A stretch of DNA of 32,000 nucleotides from Shewanella sp. Choline-02u-19 (GCF_002836205.1 NZ_PJBE01000013.1:2244051-2276050); one strand, 5' to 3'. Positions 11,337-21,857 are shown, counted from the stretch's first letter. The notes: a model not told the origin generated them from the sequence alone. Numbers and translations: made by a program.

Positions 11337-12611
11337 TTAAATCAGTTCTGCAATATAAGTCGCCAACGCTTCTCGGGCAACTAATTCTTGTGCTTTATCT
11401 TCACGAAGGTACTTTACTGCCACTTGATTATTGGCAAGTTCATCTTCGCCAATCACAAGTGCCACAGCAGCACCGCTTTTATCTGCTCGCTTCATCTGTT
11501 TTTTAAAGTTGCCACCACCACAATGGCTCATCACTTTCAAACTCGGCAAACTTGCTCTTAACTCTTGCGCAACCTTTATCGCTTCAACTCGGCAGTTATC
11601 ACCCATCGCGGTGACATAGACATCAACGGCTGGTTTAACATCTTTATCTAGCTCGAGAGTTTCTAGCAATAACACAATACGCTCTAGACCCATAGCGAAG
11701 CCGACTGCTGGTGTTGACTTACCACCGAGTTGACCCACTAAACCATCGTAACGGCCGCCAGCTAAAACTGTGCCTTGTGAGCCTAGACTTGATGTCACCC
11801 ACTCAAACACGGTGCGGTTATAGTAATCTAAGCCGCGCACTAGACGAGGATTGATTGTGTATTGGATGCCAACAGCCTCTAAGAGTTCACATAAATGTGA
11901 AAAATGTGAACGAGTCTCTTCGCCTAAGTAATCCATCAACGCTGGTGCATCGCCTAACAAAGCTTGAACAGCAGCATTTTTAGAGTCTAAAACTCTAAGC
12001 GGGTTACTGTACATACGGCGTTGGCTATCTTCATCTAGCACATCTTTATGTTGCTCTAAAAAGGCAATCAAAGCATCTCGATATGCTGCACGCTCTTCGC
12101 TATCACCTAAGGTGTTTAGCTCAAGTGTGACATGCTCGGAAATCCCCAGCTTTTCCCAAAGCATGGCAGATAGCATTAATACTTCAGCATCGATGTCAGC
12201 ACTGGCGATGCCATAGACTTCAACACCAAATTGATTGAATTGACGGTAACGTCCCTTTTGTGGGCGCTCATGACGGAACATAGGACCCATATACCAAAGA
12301 CGTTGCTCTTGGTTATACAGTAAACCGTGTTCATTACCGGCGCGTACCGTTGATGCGGTACCTTCTGGACGTAACGATAAGCTGTCGCCGTTACGGTCTT
12401 CGAAGGTATACATTTCTTTTTCAACAATATCAGTAACTTCACCGATTGAACGTTTAAAAAGGTCAGTACTTTCAACGATAGGTGTACGGATTTCGCTGTA
12501 ACCGTATGCACTGACAGTCTCTCTAAGAACGGTTTCAAGTTTTTGCCATATAGGACTTTGGGTCGGCAGAATGTCGTTCATTCCGCGGATCGCTTGGATC
12601 TGTTTTGCCAC
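11337..12611 (-). CDS. hisS: histidyl-tRNA synthetase (GTG start at 12611 preferred over the track start at 12704)
   Basis: Class II aaRS motifs ([53 protein letters not shown]). The family N-terminus (M/V)[15 protein letters not shown] matches GTG at 12611. Confidence 0.95.
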   Translation of the reverse strand: MAKQIQAIRGMNDILPTQSPIWQKLETVLRETVSAYGYSEIRTPIVESTDLFKRSIGEVTDIVEKEMYTFEDRNGDSLSLRPEGTASTVRAGNEHGLLYNQEQRLWYMGPMFRHERPQKGRYRQFNQFGVEVYGIASADIDAEVLMLSAMLWEKLGISEHVTLELNTLGDSEERAAYRDALIAFLEQHKDVLDEDSQRRMYSNPLRVLDSKNAAVQALLGDAPALMDYLGEETRSHFSHLCELLEAVGIQYTINPRLVRGLDYYNRTVFEWVTSSLGSQGTVLAGGRYDGLVGQLGGKSTPAVGFAMGLERIVLLLETLELDKDVKPAVDVYVTAMGDNCRVEAIKVAQELRASLPSLKVMSHCGGGNFKKQMKRADKSGAAVALVIGEDELANNQVAVKYLREDKAQELVAREALATYIAELI

Positions 12612-12749
12612 TGTTCGATTCGCCAAATTTGCTGTTTGAAAATAAAAAACGCCCTGCATTATAGGCGTTTCGATACTAAACGTAAAATGGGTGTTTTTAC
12701 CCATAAAAAATCACAAGCAAGCCAAGCTCACTTGTGACTATCAAGCTGT

Positions 12750-13865
12750 TTACTTAGTTACATCTTGCGCTGGAATTCTTGCTTCACTCAAGGCGACTCT
12801 TGCCCGAATTTTAGCTTCTAGCGAATCAACAATATTGTTATTGTCAAAACGCTCTTTTTGACGCACACCGTCTTTGTAGTAGCCGCTCATGCGGTTACCG
12901 CCAGTCAGGCCAATATCGGAGATAAGCGCTTCACCTGGACCATTGACCACACAACCGATGATAGAAACATCCAATGGGGTAACAATATCTTCAAGACGTT
13001 GCTCTAACTCGTTAACCGTAGAGATAACATCGAACTCTTGGCGAGAACATGACGGACAAGCAATAAAGTTAATTCCGCGTGAACGTATGCGCAATGACTT
13101 AAGAATATCAAAGCCCACTTTAATCTCTTCAATAGGATCAGCCGCTAACGATATTCTTAATGTGTCGCCAATACCATCAGCCAGTAACATACCTAAGCCA
13201 ACAGCCGATTTAACCGATCCTGCACGCGCACCGCCCGCTTCAGTGATGCCTAAATGAAGTGGTTGTATTATTTGCTTAGCCAACAAACGATATGACTCAA
13301 CCGCTAAGAATACATCTGATGCTTTAACGCTGACTTTAAATTGATCGAAGTTAAGACGGTCGAGAATATCAACATGACGCATCGCAGATTCAAATAGCGC
13401 TTGAGGTGTAGGCTCTTTGTATTTGTCCATTAGTTCTTTCTCTAATGAACCACCGTTCACCCCTATTCTAATGGGGATATTTTTGTCACGCGCGCATTCA
13501 ACCACACTGCGAATACGCTCTTCGTTGCCAATATTACCTGGATTGATACGCAGACAATCGACACCATATTCAGCCACTTTAAGGGCAATACGGTAATCAA
13601 AATGAATATCTGCAATTAACGGTATGTTGGTTTGTTGCTTGATAAGCTTAAACGCTTCTGCAGCATCCATAGTGGGTACGGATACACGAACAATATCGGC
13701 GCCGACTTTTTCTAATGCGTTAATTTGTGCCACTGTGGCAGCCACATCGTTGGTGTTAGTATTTGTCATCGACTGCACGGCAATAGGTGCGCCGTCACCA
13801 ATCGGTACATCGCCGACATAAATGCGGCTAGATTTGCGTCTGATAATTGGAGATTCGTTATACAT
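12750..13865 (-). CDS. ispG: 4-hydroxy-3-methylbut-2-en-1-yl diphosphate synthase (flavodoxin)
   Basis: 371 aa; [32 protein letters not shown], Fe-S cysteines [15 protein letters not shown] and [10 protein letters not shown]. Confidence 0.97.
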   Translation of the reverse strand: MYNESPIIRRKSSRIYVGDVPIGDGAPIAVQSMTNTNTNDVAATVAQINALEKVGADIVRVSVPTMDAAEAFKLIKQQTNIPLIADIHFDYRIALKVAEYGVDCLRINPGNIGNEERIRSVVECARDKNIPIRIGVNGGSLEKELMDKYKEPTPQALFESAMRHVDILDRLNFDQFKVSVKASDVFLAVESYRLLAKQIIQPLHLGITEAGGARAGSVKSAVGLGMLLADGIGDTLRISLAADPIEEIKVGFDILKSLRIRSRGINFIACPSCSRQEFDVISTVNELEQRLEDIVTPLDVSIIGCVVNGPGEALISDIGLTGGNRMSGYYKDGVRQKERFDNNNIVDSLEAKIRARVALSEARIPAQDVTK

Positions 13866-13887
13866 CGTCTTTGTGCTCAGTCATCTG

Positions 13888-14901
13888 TTATTGTCCAGCC
13901 AGAGGCAGGCTTAAGTGCGCCACTTCACCGCTAGGATATTGTTGCAAACTAACTTGAGTTCCATTGAGCTCAATACTCACAACTTGTGGAGCGCCCAATA
14001 TCACTGCGAAAGGCTCTGCGCCTGTAACATTGATGTTATTTCCTGGCTTTTTTAAACCATTGATCAGTGTCTTACCGTTCGCATCTGTCACTTTTATCCA
14101 GCAATCGCCCGTGAGGTTTAAGACCAAATCTGACAGCGTAGCATCGCTATTGAGATTAACTTGCCCAGCGGCGCTATTAGCGTCATTCGAGGCATTATCG
14201 CCTAGTCGGCTCTCAACCATTGAAACCAGCATCTGTCCTGCTGACTGCGGCGCGCTGGCGAGGCTATTCTGGGGTTGAGTGCTCAAAGTTTCAGTCGCAC
14301 CCTCTTGGTTTGATGCCGTATAAACGGTCTCATCATTATCGATACTTTGCGAGTTTGTTGTTTGTCCATTGCCAGATATTTCATTAAAGAAAGCCTCCTC
14401 CGCAGATGCGGCAACTTCCTCAACCGTTGGTTGTGAGTAATCGACGTTGGTTTCTATGGATGATTTTTGAAACCACCACAACACCATTAAGGCCAACAAT
14501 ACAAACACAATGACGTAGGTGACAAACATCAACCGACCGTCACGAGCTTGGTGTGTTCTCTTGCGTGAAAAGCTTTGCATTGACGGTTCAGCATCATTTA
14601 ACAGCTGTTTATCTAAGCAAACTTGCACTTCAAAAGGGTCTGCTTGCACCGCGCGAGCATAATTTTTTACGTAGCCGCGTACATAGGTCGCCGCGCCGAC
14701 TGCTAATAAATTGTCTGCTTCAATATCAAGTATGATACTCGGGCGCAAATGCAATTGCGTCGCAATATCCTCTACTGAAACGCCTTTATTTTCGCGGGCT
14801 TTTTTTAGCAAAACGCCCAGTGTGAGTGTTGACTCTTCCACTAGGCTTTCAGTGTCGTTGTTATCTATGTTGGGCAGATCATTCTGTTCATTTTTCATCA
14901 A
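13888..14901 (-). CDS. rodZ: cytoskeleton protein RodZ (HTH + TM + periplasmic domain)
   Basis: 337 aa; N-terminal HTH (TLTLGVLLKKARENKGVSVEDIATQLHLRPSIILDIE), central TM (FVTYVIVFVLLALMVLWWF), C-terminal beta domain; pilF-rodZ-ispG synteny. Confidence 0.9.
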   Translation of the reverse strand: MMKNEQNDLPNIDNNDTESLVEESTLTLGVLLKKARENKGVSVEDIATQLHLRPSIILDIEADNLLAVGAATYVRGYVKNYARAVQADPFEVQVCLDKQLLNDAEPSMQSFSRKRTHQARDGRLMFVTYVIVFVLLALMVLWWFQKSSIETNVDYSQPTVEEVAASAEEAFFNEISGNGQTTNSQSIDNDETVYTASNQEGATETLSTQPQNSLASAPQSAGQMLVSMVESRLGDNASNDANSAAGQVNLNSDATLSDLVLNLTGDCWIKVTDANGKTLINGLKKPGNNINVTGAEPFAVILGAPQVVSIELNGTQVSLQQYPSGEVAHLSLPLAGQ

Positions 14902-15686
14902 TGCGTATTAGCCCGATATTGCTTGGCCTGAGGCGAAGAAGGAAACTTTGCTAAGAGTAAAATACCAAATTTCCTAACTGCTTCATCGTCATTCAGACCT
15001 TGTTCAATTTCAATTCCCAGCGCTAAACTGATTGGAGATTCGACCGCTACTTTATGGTAGCGTGACAGCCGAACTCTCGCCTCTGTATACCGTTTTGCTT
15101 CAAGTTCAATTTCAGTTAACTCGATAAGCGAGGTGCGTCTTCTAGGATCATACTTAAGCGCCATAGCAAAATACTGTTGCGCTTTCTCTGTTAGACCTGC
15201 TTTTCGGCTACAAATTCCCAAGTTCTCATAAGTCGATGCTGACTGAGTATACAAAGGACGTTCAACGGCTTTAAGGAACATCTTTTCAGACTCAGCATAT
15301 TGACCTTGTTGACACAGGAATGTACCGAAATTATTAAATGAATCTCCGCTGGCATCCCGAAGGTTTGTTGCTTGTCGGTATGCCTGTTCGGTCTTTTCTA
15401 ATTCACCTACTGAACTGTAATAATATGCAAATGCGATATGCACATCTTCAAGCTCAGGAGCAAAAGCTAAAGCGCGGTCTAAATTCGCTTTGGCTTGCTC
15501 ACTATTACCTTTTTGTAGATAGGTTAAGCCTAACTGTACCCGTTGACGTGCCGCGGCCACTTTATTGACTTTTCGTTCAGAGACAGGTGTATCAGTGCCA
15601 GTATAGGTATTTTGTGTCACGCAGCCCGAAAGCACTGTTGCAGACAACAAAATAACCAACGGCACGCTCACCTTTCTATGATTCAT
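14898..15686 (-). CDS. pilF: type IV pilus biogenesis/stability lipoprotein PilF (TPR)
   Basis: 262 aa; lipobox LSATVLSGCVTQ; TPR repeats (LGLTYLQKGNSEQAKANLDRAL...). Overlaps rodZ by 4 bp. Confidence 0.9.
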   Translation of the reverse strand: MNHRKVSVPLVILLSATVLSGCVTQNTYTGTDTPVSERKVNKVAAARQRVQLGLTYLQKGNSEQAKANLDRALAFAPELEDVHIAFAYYYSSVGELEKTEQAYRQATNLRDASGDSFNNFGTFLCQQGQYAESEKMFLKAVERPLYTQSASTYENLGICSRKAGLTEKAQQYFAMALKYDPRRRTSLIELTEIELEAKRYTEARVRLSRYHKVAVESPISLALGIEIEQGLNDDEAVRKFGILLLAKFPSSPQAKQYRANTH

Positions 15687-15718
15687 CGTTTAGCCTATCT
15701 ACCAATAGATACAAAGAG

Positions 15719-16840
15719 TTAATCCATTGTGACCGAAATTTGATTCTCTTGCATGCGTTTTTTCGCTAAACGCTTGGTTCTGTCTCTAATATCACCTGCA
15801 AGTTGACCACAAGCGGCATCGATATCGTCACCACGAGTTTTACGCACAATAACCGTTAAGCCATATTCCATCAGTACTTTAGAAAAACGATCTATTCGTG
15901 AATTAGACGAACGGCCGTAAGGAGAACCTGGATATGGGTTAAAGGGAATTAAATTTACTTTACATGGCGTATCTTTCATCAGTTTGGCCAATTCATGCGC
16001 TTGGTCAGTACTGTCATTAATGTGATCAAGCATTACATACTCAACAGTCACACGACCACGGTTAGCATTAGACTTGGCGATATAGCGACGGATCCCCGCG
16101 AGAAAATCTTCTAATGGGTACTTCTTGTTGACAGGTACCAATACATCTCGTAGCTCATCGTTTGGCGCGTGAATGCTGACAGCTAACGCCACATCCAATG
16201 CGTCGCCAAGAATATCTAACGCTGGCACAACACCTGACGTCGACACGGTAACACGACGCTTAGACAAGCTAAAACCGAAATCATCTAACATGATATCCAT
16301 TGCCGGAATAACGTTCTTCAAGTTAAGTAGTGGCTCACCCATTCCCATCATAACAACGTTAGTGATAGGGCGATCGCCGGTATCTTTCACAAAGCCAATA
16401 AAGTCAGCGACACGCCAAACCTGGCCAATAATTTCAGACACGGTCAGGTTACGGTTAAAGCCTTGAGCCCCCGTTGAGCAGAAGGTACATTCAAGTGCAC
16501 AACCTACTTGAGACGAGACACATAAAGTGGCGCGATCTTCTTCCGGTATGTATACCGTTTCAACTTCTTGGCCATTACCTACGTCAATAGCAAACTTGAT
16601 AGTGCCATCAGCTGATTTTTGATAACTTGAAATGGCAGGCGCAACAATTTCAAATTTACGCGCTAACTTTGCTCGTAATGCTTTGTTGATGTTAGTCATC
16701 TCTTCAAAGTCACTCACACCAAAGTGATAAAGCCATTTCATCAATTGATCGGCACGGAATGGCTTTTCACCCATTTCGGCAAATACCGCTCTCATCGATT
16801 TACGATCAAGATCTAATAAATTGATCTTCTTTTCACTCAT
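15719..16840 (-). CDS. rlmN: dual-specificity 23S rRNA/tRNA adenine-C2 methyltransferase RlmN
   Basis: 373 aa; radical-SAM motif [31 protein letters not shown]-terminal [20 protein letters not shown]. Confidence 0.98.
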   Translation of the reverse strand: MSEKKINLLDLDRKSMRAVFAEMGEKPFRADQLMKWLYHFGVSDFEEMTNINKALRAKLARKFEIVAPAISSYQKSADGTIKFAIDVGNGQEVETVYIPEEDRATLCVSSQVGCALECTFCSTGAQGFNRNLTVSEIIGQVWRVADFIGFVKDTGDRPITNVVMMGMGEPLLNLKNVIPAMDIMLDDFGFSLSKRRVTVSTSGVVPALDILGDALDVALAVSIHAPNDELRDVLVPVNKKYPLEDFLAGIRRYIAKSNANRGRVTVEYVMLDHINDSTDQAHELAKLMKDTPCKVNLIPFNPYPGSPYGRSSNSRIDRFSKVLMEYGLTVIVRKTRGDDIDAACGQLAGDIRDRTKRLAKKRMQENQISVTMD

Positions 16841-17089
16841 GTATGTAACCTCAAAAACCTAAAACCTGCATCCGGGCGGCGAATTATACAGATCCTAACA
16901 AAATTTGGCCAGTAACCTAGGCCTCCTAATATGCTCATGCTGCTATTTCATACACTTATACTCAATGTTTCATCCGCCAAACCAAGACAAACCCACTAAG
17001 CAAAGGATAACGGACTGCACATAGAGGCAAAAACCGCGAAAAATAGCGTCTAAACTTCATTTGCTCATATCACGGATAATATAAACCTG

Positions 17090-17098
17090 TGCTAGAAT
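17090..17098 (+). promoter_or_regulatory. candidate extended -10 promoter element for the CNNM gene
   Basis: TGC-TAGAAT matches TGn-TATAAT-type extended -10, about 50 nt upstream of the ATG at 17148; no convincing -35. Confidence 0.35.
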
Positions 17099-17147
17099 CC
17101 GCTCAGACCAATGTTGGTCCGCCATTTGGAAGTGTAATTTCACCTGT

Positions 17148-18224
17148 ATGATAACTCTTGTCATTATCGTTTTTGTCGCCATTACTATCTCTTTTCTTTG
17201 TAGTGTGTTTGAAGCAGTTTTACTCTCAGTCACACCCAGTTATATCGCCACTCTTGCCGCAACAAACCCCGCTGCAGCAACAAGGTTGAATAAACAAAAA
17301 GAAAACGTTGAATCTCCACTCGTTTCTATCCTTACTTTAAATACCATTGCTCACACTGTTGGTGCCGCTGTTGCCGGCGCGCAAGCCGCTAAAGTGTTTG
17401 GTGACGAGATGTTAGGCGTGTTTTCAGGTGTGCTTACCTTTCTTATTTTGTTCTTCTCAGAAATCATTCCTAAAACATTAGGTGCAAACTACTGGCGCTC
17501 ACTTGCCCCAACAGTCTCAATCGCCTTAGTGTGGATGGAGCGTGCAACCAAGCCACTTATCTGGATGTCTAAGCAGGTAACCCAACTAATGGGTAAAGGC
17601 GATGAAGGTCAGTATATTCGTCAAGAGATGAGTGCAATGGCAGAAATTGGTAGAGTCTCTGGCGAACTAGATGAGCAGGAGTCAAAAATTCTGACTCAAA
17701 TGTTGTCTGTTAAAGAGATGCCTGTCACCACCATCATGACACCTCGTACGGTGATGTTTAAGCTACCAATAACATTAACCCAAGGTGATTTTGCCACTAC
17801 ATATATGACAAAACCCTTTACCCGAATCCCCGTTTACCAAGATGAACCCGATAATATTATCGGCTACATCAATCGTAACGACGTACTGCTGGCAGAGCGG
17901 AAAACGCCGAATGAGCCCATTGCAGTGCTGAAGCATAACTTACTGGTCATTCCTGAGACTGCAAAAATTCTACCGCTATTTGAGTTAATGATTAAGCGTA
18001 ATACCAAGATTGCGATGGTGGTTGATGAATACGGCTCAGGTGAAGGCATTGTGACGCTGGAAGATATCGTCGAATCACTTCTAGGACTCGAAATTGTCGA
18101 TTCCAACGACCCTGTCACAGATATGCAGCAATTAGCGCGTAAATTGTGGAGTCGTAGAATGAAGCATAAAGGCATTGTGCTGTCAGACGACGGCGAGTTT
18201 GATGACAAGTCAGATAAGGGCTAA
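17148..18224 (+). CDS. CNNM transmembrane domain / CBS-pair protein (CorC/HlyC-like family)
   Basis: 358 aa; N-terminal TM domain (FVAITISFLCSVFEAVLLSVTPS, EIIPKTLGANY), CBS pair (IMTPRTVMFKL..RIPVYQ..IIGYINRNDVL; IAMVVDEYGSGEGIVTLEDIVESLLG). Confidence 0.92.
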   Translation: MITLVIIVFVAITISFLCSVFEAVLLSVTPSYIATLAATNPAAATRLNKQKENVESPLVSILTLNTIAHTVGAAVAGAQAAKVFGDEMLGVFSGVLTFLILFFSEIIPKTLGANYWRSLAPTVSIALVWMERATKPLIWMSKQVTQLMGKGDEGQYIRQEMSAMAEIGRVSGELDEQESKILTQMLSVKEMPVTTIMTPRTVMFKLPITLTQGDFATTYMTKPFTRIPVYQDEPDNIIGYINRNDVLLAERKTPNEPIAVLKHNLLVIPETAKILPLFELMIKRNTKIAMVVDEYGSGEGIVTLEDIVESLLGLEIVDSNDPVTDMQQLARKLWSRRMKHKGIVLSDDGEFDDKSDKG

Positions 18225-18258
18225 TTATCTTGCATACCCAAGCCGCTTGGGTATCAAT

Positions 18259-18286
18259 AAAAAAAGGGAGCTTAGCTCCTTTTTTT
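18259..18286 (+). terminator. Rho-independent terminator after the CNNM gene
   Basis: AAAAAAGGGAGC TTA GCTCCTTTTTTT. Confidence 0.9.
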
Positions 18287-18358
18287 AACCGCCAAAATCA
18301 GTATTTCACCAATCAGAATGGTTAGTGCTATAATTCTTGTTTGGTTCTGAGGATTAAG

Positions 18359-20101
18359 ATGACGTCTAATTACACTTTAAAACTTGCCCACATCAACGAC
18401 ACACATTCTCATTTCGACGCAAACCGACTGCAGTTTACGATATTCGAGCAACAACAAGCATTAACGCTATACACTCATAGTGGTGGATACGCACGTATTG
18501 GTTACCAACTATCTCAGGCCAAATTGTCGGCCAAAGCCAATCAGCAATCGTTTCTGTTCTTACATGGCGGCGACAGCTTTCAAGGCACACTTTACTTTAA
18601 AGAGTTCAAAGGCAAAGCCAATTCGGATCTGCTGAACCTGTTAAAGCCCGATGCGATGGTACTCGGTAATCATGAAATAGATGCAGGTAACGGCCCGGTC
18701 TTAGATTTCCTTAACGATATCCAGTTCCCTTTACTTGCGGGCAATATGGATCTAAGCCAAGAAAGCCAACACAAAACAGCACGATTGGCCTCGCACCCTA
18801 ACCTTTATGATTACGACAACGACACGCAGACAGCCAAGTATATTTTAAAGCCACTGCAGGATAAACAAGTCGCTATTGTCGGGATCACGCTTGATCAAAT
18901 GAAAGAGATTGCCCGCCCCGACGAAGATACGCATTTTATCAATGCCATTGAAACGACGAGGCGCACCGTCGCTAAGCTTCATGCAGAAGGTATTGTTCAC
19001 ATCATCGTGCTGAGTCATCTTGGGTTAGACCAAGACAAAATACTCGCCCAAGACGTTGATGGGATCAGTTTGATTGTTGGCGGCCATTCTCACACGCTGC
19101 AAGGGGATTTTCGCGAGTTGGGATTAAGCAATATGCCTTATGCGGAGCGCGTGAACAACACGCCGATTGTGCATGCTGGAAAATACGCCGAAAACATAGG
19201 CATCGCTGATATTACGTTTGATGACAAAGGCACAGTGACAGATCTTAACGGCGGCAATCATTTTATGCTCGACCAGCAATTTATATTGCAAGCGGGTGAA
19301 GGTGAAGTCAGCGCTGATAATTATCTGGCGATCCGCGCAAAACTTGACGCTAACCCGGCTATTTTTTGGGATGGCGAAGACAGTGTCATTCAGCAAGCTA
19401 TCCTTAAAAAATATCGGCCAACGCTTGATGCCCTCGACAATCAAATTCTCGGCTTTGTGCCAAGAAACCTCATTCATACACGCTTACCGAGCAAAGCACT
19501 GCCCCATGGCAGTGAGATAGCGCCTTTGGTCAGCCGGAGTATGTTCCAAGAAACTGTCGATATGGGCATTGAAGTTGATTTTGCACTGCACAATGCCGGT
19601 GGTGTTAGGCAGTCACTTAACAAAGGGCAATTAAGCCTTGCCGAAGTGATCGGCCGTATTTTGCCGTTTGACCTGCCTTTAGTGACCTACCAAATTCAAG
19701 GCCGCTGTCTATTTGAGATGTTAGAATCTGCCATTAATGCTGCCACGAATAATAGTGTCATCGGCACTGGAGCAGGCAGTTTCCCTTACACCTATGGCCT
19801 TAAGTATTTTTATGATGGCAGACAAACCTTAGGTGGACGGATCATTAAGCTTGAAATTATGCGCCACGTTGAAGGCATACCGCAGTGGTTTGATATTGAC
19901 CCTGAACAACAGTATATCGGCGTGTCATCAGCATATACCGCATCAGGTAAAGAGGGTTACTCACCTATTTTACAGTCCAGCTGGCAGCGCAGTGTCGAGA
20001 CGCTCACCTTAGCAGAAGCTTTTATTCGTTTTATGGCACGGCCGGAAACACTCGTGGACGTAATAGAGCCACAGGTGCATTACACTAGCCATAGACGTTA
20101 A
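18359..20101 (+). CDS. UshA/CpdB-like metallophosphatase / 5'-nucleotidase (ATG at 18359 preferred over TTG at 18341)
   Basis: 580 aa; metallophosphoesterase motifs HINDTHSHFD, GGDSFQGT, LGNHEIDAG, LSHLGLDQD, GGHSHT; C-terminal 5'-nucleotidase domain (NAGGVRQSLNKGQLS, LPFDLPLVTYQIQG). ATG at 18359 has GAGG upstream. Confidence 0.9.
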   Translation: MTSNYTLKLAHINDTHSHFDANRLQFTIFEQQQALTLYTHSGGYARIGYQLSQAKLSAKANQQSFLFLHGGDSFQGTLYFKEFKGKANSDLLNLLKPDAMVLGNHEIDAGNGPVLDFLNDIQFPLLAGNMDLSQESQHKTARLASHPNLYDYDNDTQTAKYILKPLQDKQVAIVGITLDQMKEIARPDEDTHFINAIETTRRTVAKLHAEGIVHIIVLSHLGLDQDKILAQDVDGISLIVGGHSHTLQGDFRELGLSNMPYAERVNNTPIVHAGKYAENIGIADITFDDKGTVTDLNGGNHFMLDQQFILQAGEGEVSADNYLAIRAKLDANPAIFWDGEDSVIQQAILKKYRPTLDALDNQILGFVPRNLIHTRLPSKALPHGSEIAPLVSRSMFQETVDMGIEVDFALHNAGGVRQSLNKGQLSLAEVIGRILPFDLPLVTYQIQGRCLFEMLESAINAATNNSVIGTGAGSFPYTYGLKYFYDGRQTLGGRIIKLEIMRHVEGIPQWFDIDPEQQYIGVSSAYTASGKEGYSPILQSSWQRSVETLTLAEAFIRFMARPETLVDVIEPQVHYTSHRR

Positions 20102-20129
20102 CGCTGATAGCTGCCCATTAGCGTTAGCT

Positions 20130-20149
20130 AACAGAACAGAACAGAACAG
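20130..20149. repeat. short tandem repeat (AACAG)x4
   Basis: aacagaacagaacagaacag, directly read in the convergent intergenic region. Confidence 0.9.
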
Positions 20150-20189
20150 AGTACCTCGTTATTTGATGGGGTATTCTTTCAATCCAACG

Positions 20190-20702
20190 TCACTTATTTA
20201 TCAGCACTTTACTCATGCTAAAGTTAACTAATACCTGCCCTGCGCGTGGATGTCGGTTCTTTGAAAGCACCTTATATCCCTGTTTTTCGAAAAAGGGCTT
20301 GGCTAAATAAGATGCCTCAACCGTGAGTTCTTTTATATGTTGCGCCGCAGCATACTCTTCTAAATAGCCGTAAAGTGCAGTGGCCACTCCTCTTCCGGTA
20401 AAATCAGGGTGACTAAACAGACAATCGATGTCAGCCGTAAGCACCTCTTCAGCGCCGTCCGATGGTTTAAGCCGTGCAGGCTTGAGGTTGATAAACCCCG
20501 CAATAACGCCTCTCTCAACCGCCACCCATGTTGTAGTAGGCTGTAACCTTGTAAGCCAATCTTGATGACTTCGAGGCGCTTGTGACCACACTGCACGTTC
20601 ATCAGCACTATAGTGGCTACTGGCTCCCTGCGTGATACTCAGGTGGAACAAGGTCGCGAGTTGGTCGACATCCTGTTCAGTAAACAATCTCACACTCATC
20701 AT
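20190..20702 (-). CDS. GNAT family N-acetyltransferase
   Basis: 170 aa; acetyl-CoA site-like FSHPDFTGRGVATALYGYLEEYA, C-terminal PFFEKQGYKVLSKNRH. Confidence 0.88.
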   Translation of the reverse strand: MMSVRLFTEQDVDQLATLFHLSITQGASSHYSADERAVWSQAPRSHQDWLTRLQPTTTWVAVERGVIAGFINLKPARLKPSDGAEEVLTADIDCLFSHPDFTGRGVATALYGYLEEYAAAQHIKELTVEASYLAKPFFEKQGYKVLSKNRHPRAGQVLVNFSMSKVLINK

Positions 20703-20712
20703 TTTATCCAGC

Positions 20713-21237
20713 TTAACTTTGCTCCTGTACTGACAGCACTTTACTCATTAAATAACCCATTATAATTTGACCGCGCTTTTCTTGATAACTGCGATGGTGG
20801 AGTCTAAAGCCATGAGAGAGAAACAGCGGTTTTGAAAGCTTAGAAGCATCCACTGACAAGTTACTGATATTGGCGGAAGTCGCCCAAGTTTGTAATTGCG
20901 TGAAAAGTGCAGTGGCGATCCCCCGATGTTGATAATCAGGGTGGACATAGAGACTGTCAATATAGCCACGAGTATTAAAATGAGTCTCAAGGTTGACCAA
21001 ACCGCAACAAAAAGGCACACCTTGTACATCACGTTCATCATCGATCATTAGCCAAGCTTTTGATCGTGATAGCCTTTTGTGCCAATGGTAGCCGGAACGA
21101 GGCGAAGATGACCAAGCTTGTTTCTCTGCTATAGAGTAAACATCATCGGCGATAACATTAATGGCCAGATGAAATAAGTGGCTAACTTGGACCGCATAAC
21201 ACTTGCTATAAGGAATAATTCTGAGCATGGCAATCAA
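20713..21237 (-). CDS. GNAT family N-acetyltransferase (paralog of the neighbouring gene)
   Basis: 174 aa; YIDSLYVHPDYQHRGIATALFTQLQTWA and PLFLSHGFRLHHRS; collinear similarity to the 20190-20702 product. Confidence 0.88.
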   Translation of the reverse strand: MIAMLRIIPYSKCYAVQVSHLFHLAINVIADDVYSIAEKQAWSSSPRSGYHWHKRLSRSKAWLMIDDERDVQGVPFCCGLVNLETHFNTRGYIDSLYVHPDYQHRGIATALFTQLQTWATSANISNLSVDASKLSKPLFLSHGFRLHHRSYQEKRGQIIMGYLMSKVLSVQEQS

Positions 21238-21280
21238 TCAAACGAAACAATAGCGTTATTTTGCGCTAGTTCATGACAAA

Positions 21281-21315
21281 AGAAAACGGCGCAGACAAAG
21301 TCTGCACCGTTTTCT
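21281..21315 (-). terminator. Rho-independent terminator downstream of the NrfJ-like gene
   Basis: AGAAAACGGCGCAGA CAAAG TCTGCACCGTTTTCT. Confidence 0.85.
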
Positions 21316-21360
21316 TATACTGTGATACCAGTTGAGCTCTTAGCTACAACCAGACCCGTA

Positions 21361-21663
21361 TTACTTCTTGTCGATACTGCCAACAAACAATAGCTTGTCA
21401 AAAGTACGATTTAACGTTTTGCTGGCAAAGTCGCTCATCCACATCTGCTCTTGAACAACGACGTTATCGCCTTTCTTAACTTCAATTTGTGGACCCGCTG
21501 CCCAAAATGTTTGGTCAGCTTCTTTAATCTGTACATAGGTATAACCGCCGCCATTCATAGTATCCATGACAGTACCTTCATGCATAACACCTTGAGCCCA
21601 AGCGCTAGACATACCAAGAGCCAGTGTTGCTGCTGCAGCCAATTTAACTATTTTAGCTATCAT
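21361..21663 (-). CDS. small secreted NrfJ-like protein
   Basis: 100 aa with a signal peptide (MIAKIVKLAAAATLALGMSSAWAQ); GTVMDTMNGGGYTYVQIKEADQTFWAAGPQIEVKKGDNV...SKTLNRTFDKLLFVGSI matches my recollection of the NrfJ-related family. Confidence 0.7.
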   Translation of the reverse strand: MIAKIVKLAAAATLALGMSSAWAQGVMHEGTVMDTMNGGGYTYVQIKEADQTFWAAGPQIEVKKGDNVVVQEQMWMSDFASKTLNRTFDKLLFVGSIDKK

Positions 21664-21857
21664 CGGAAATTTCCTTTCAAAGTTATCAATTCAAATATAT
21701 TAAAGCATGCAATAAAGCATAAATCTCTAATACTCTTCACTAATCATAACCTAATCTCCAACTATTAGACGCAACTCTCATTCCAAAGGAAATTTAGCCC
21801 TATCACGGAACTTTTTTAAGAAGCAATTAATACCCATTGCATTAAGTAATAAATCGG

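Noticed and set aside
12612-12704. 31-residue N-terminal extension of HisS in the track ORF
   Set aside because: The family start (V)[15 protein letters not shown] fits GTG 12611 exactly; the extension [17 protein letters not shown] looks like translated leader.
19124-19477. 117-aa ORF antisense to the UshA-like gene
   Set aside because: Fully contained in a well-supported gene; no family resemblance.
20760-21041. 93-aa same-strand alternative-frame ORF inside the second GNAT gene
   Set aside because: The GNAT frame has clear acetyltransferase motifs, this frame has none.
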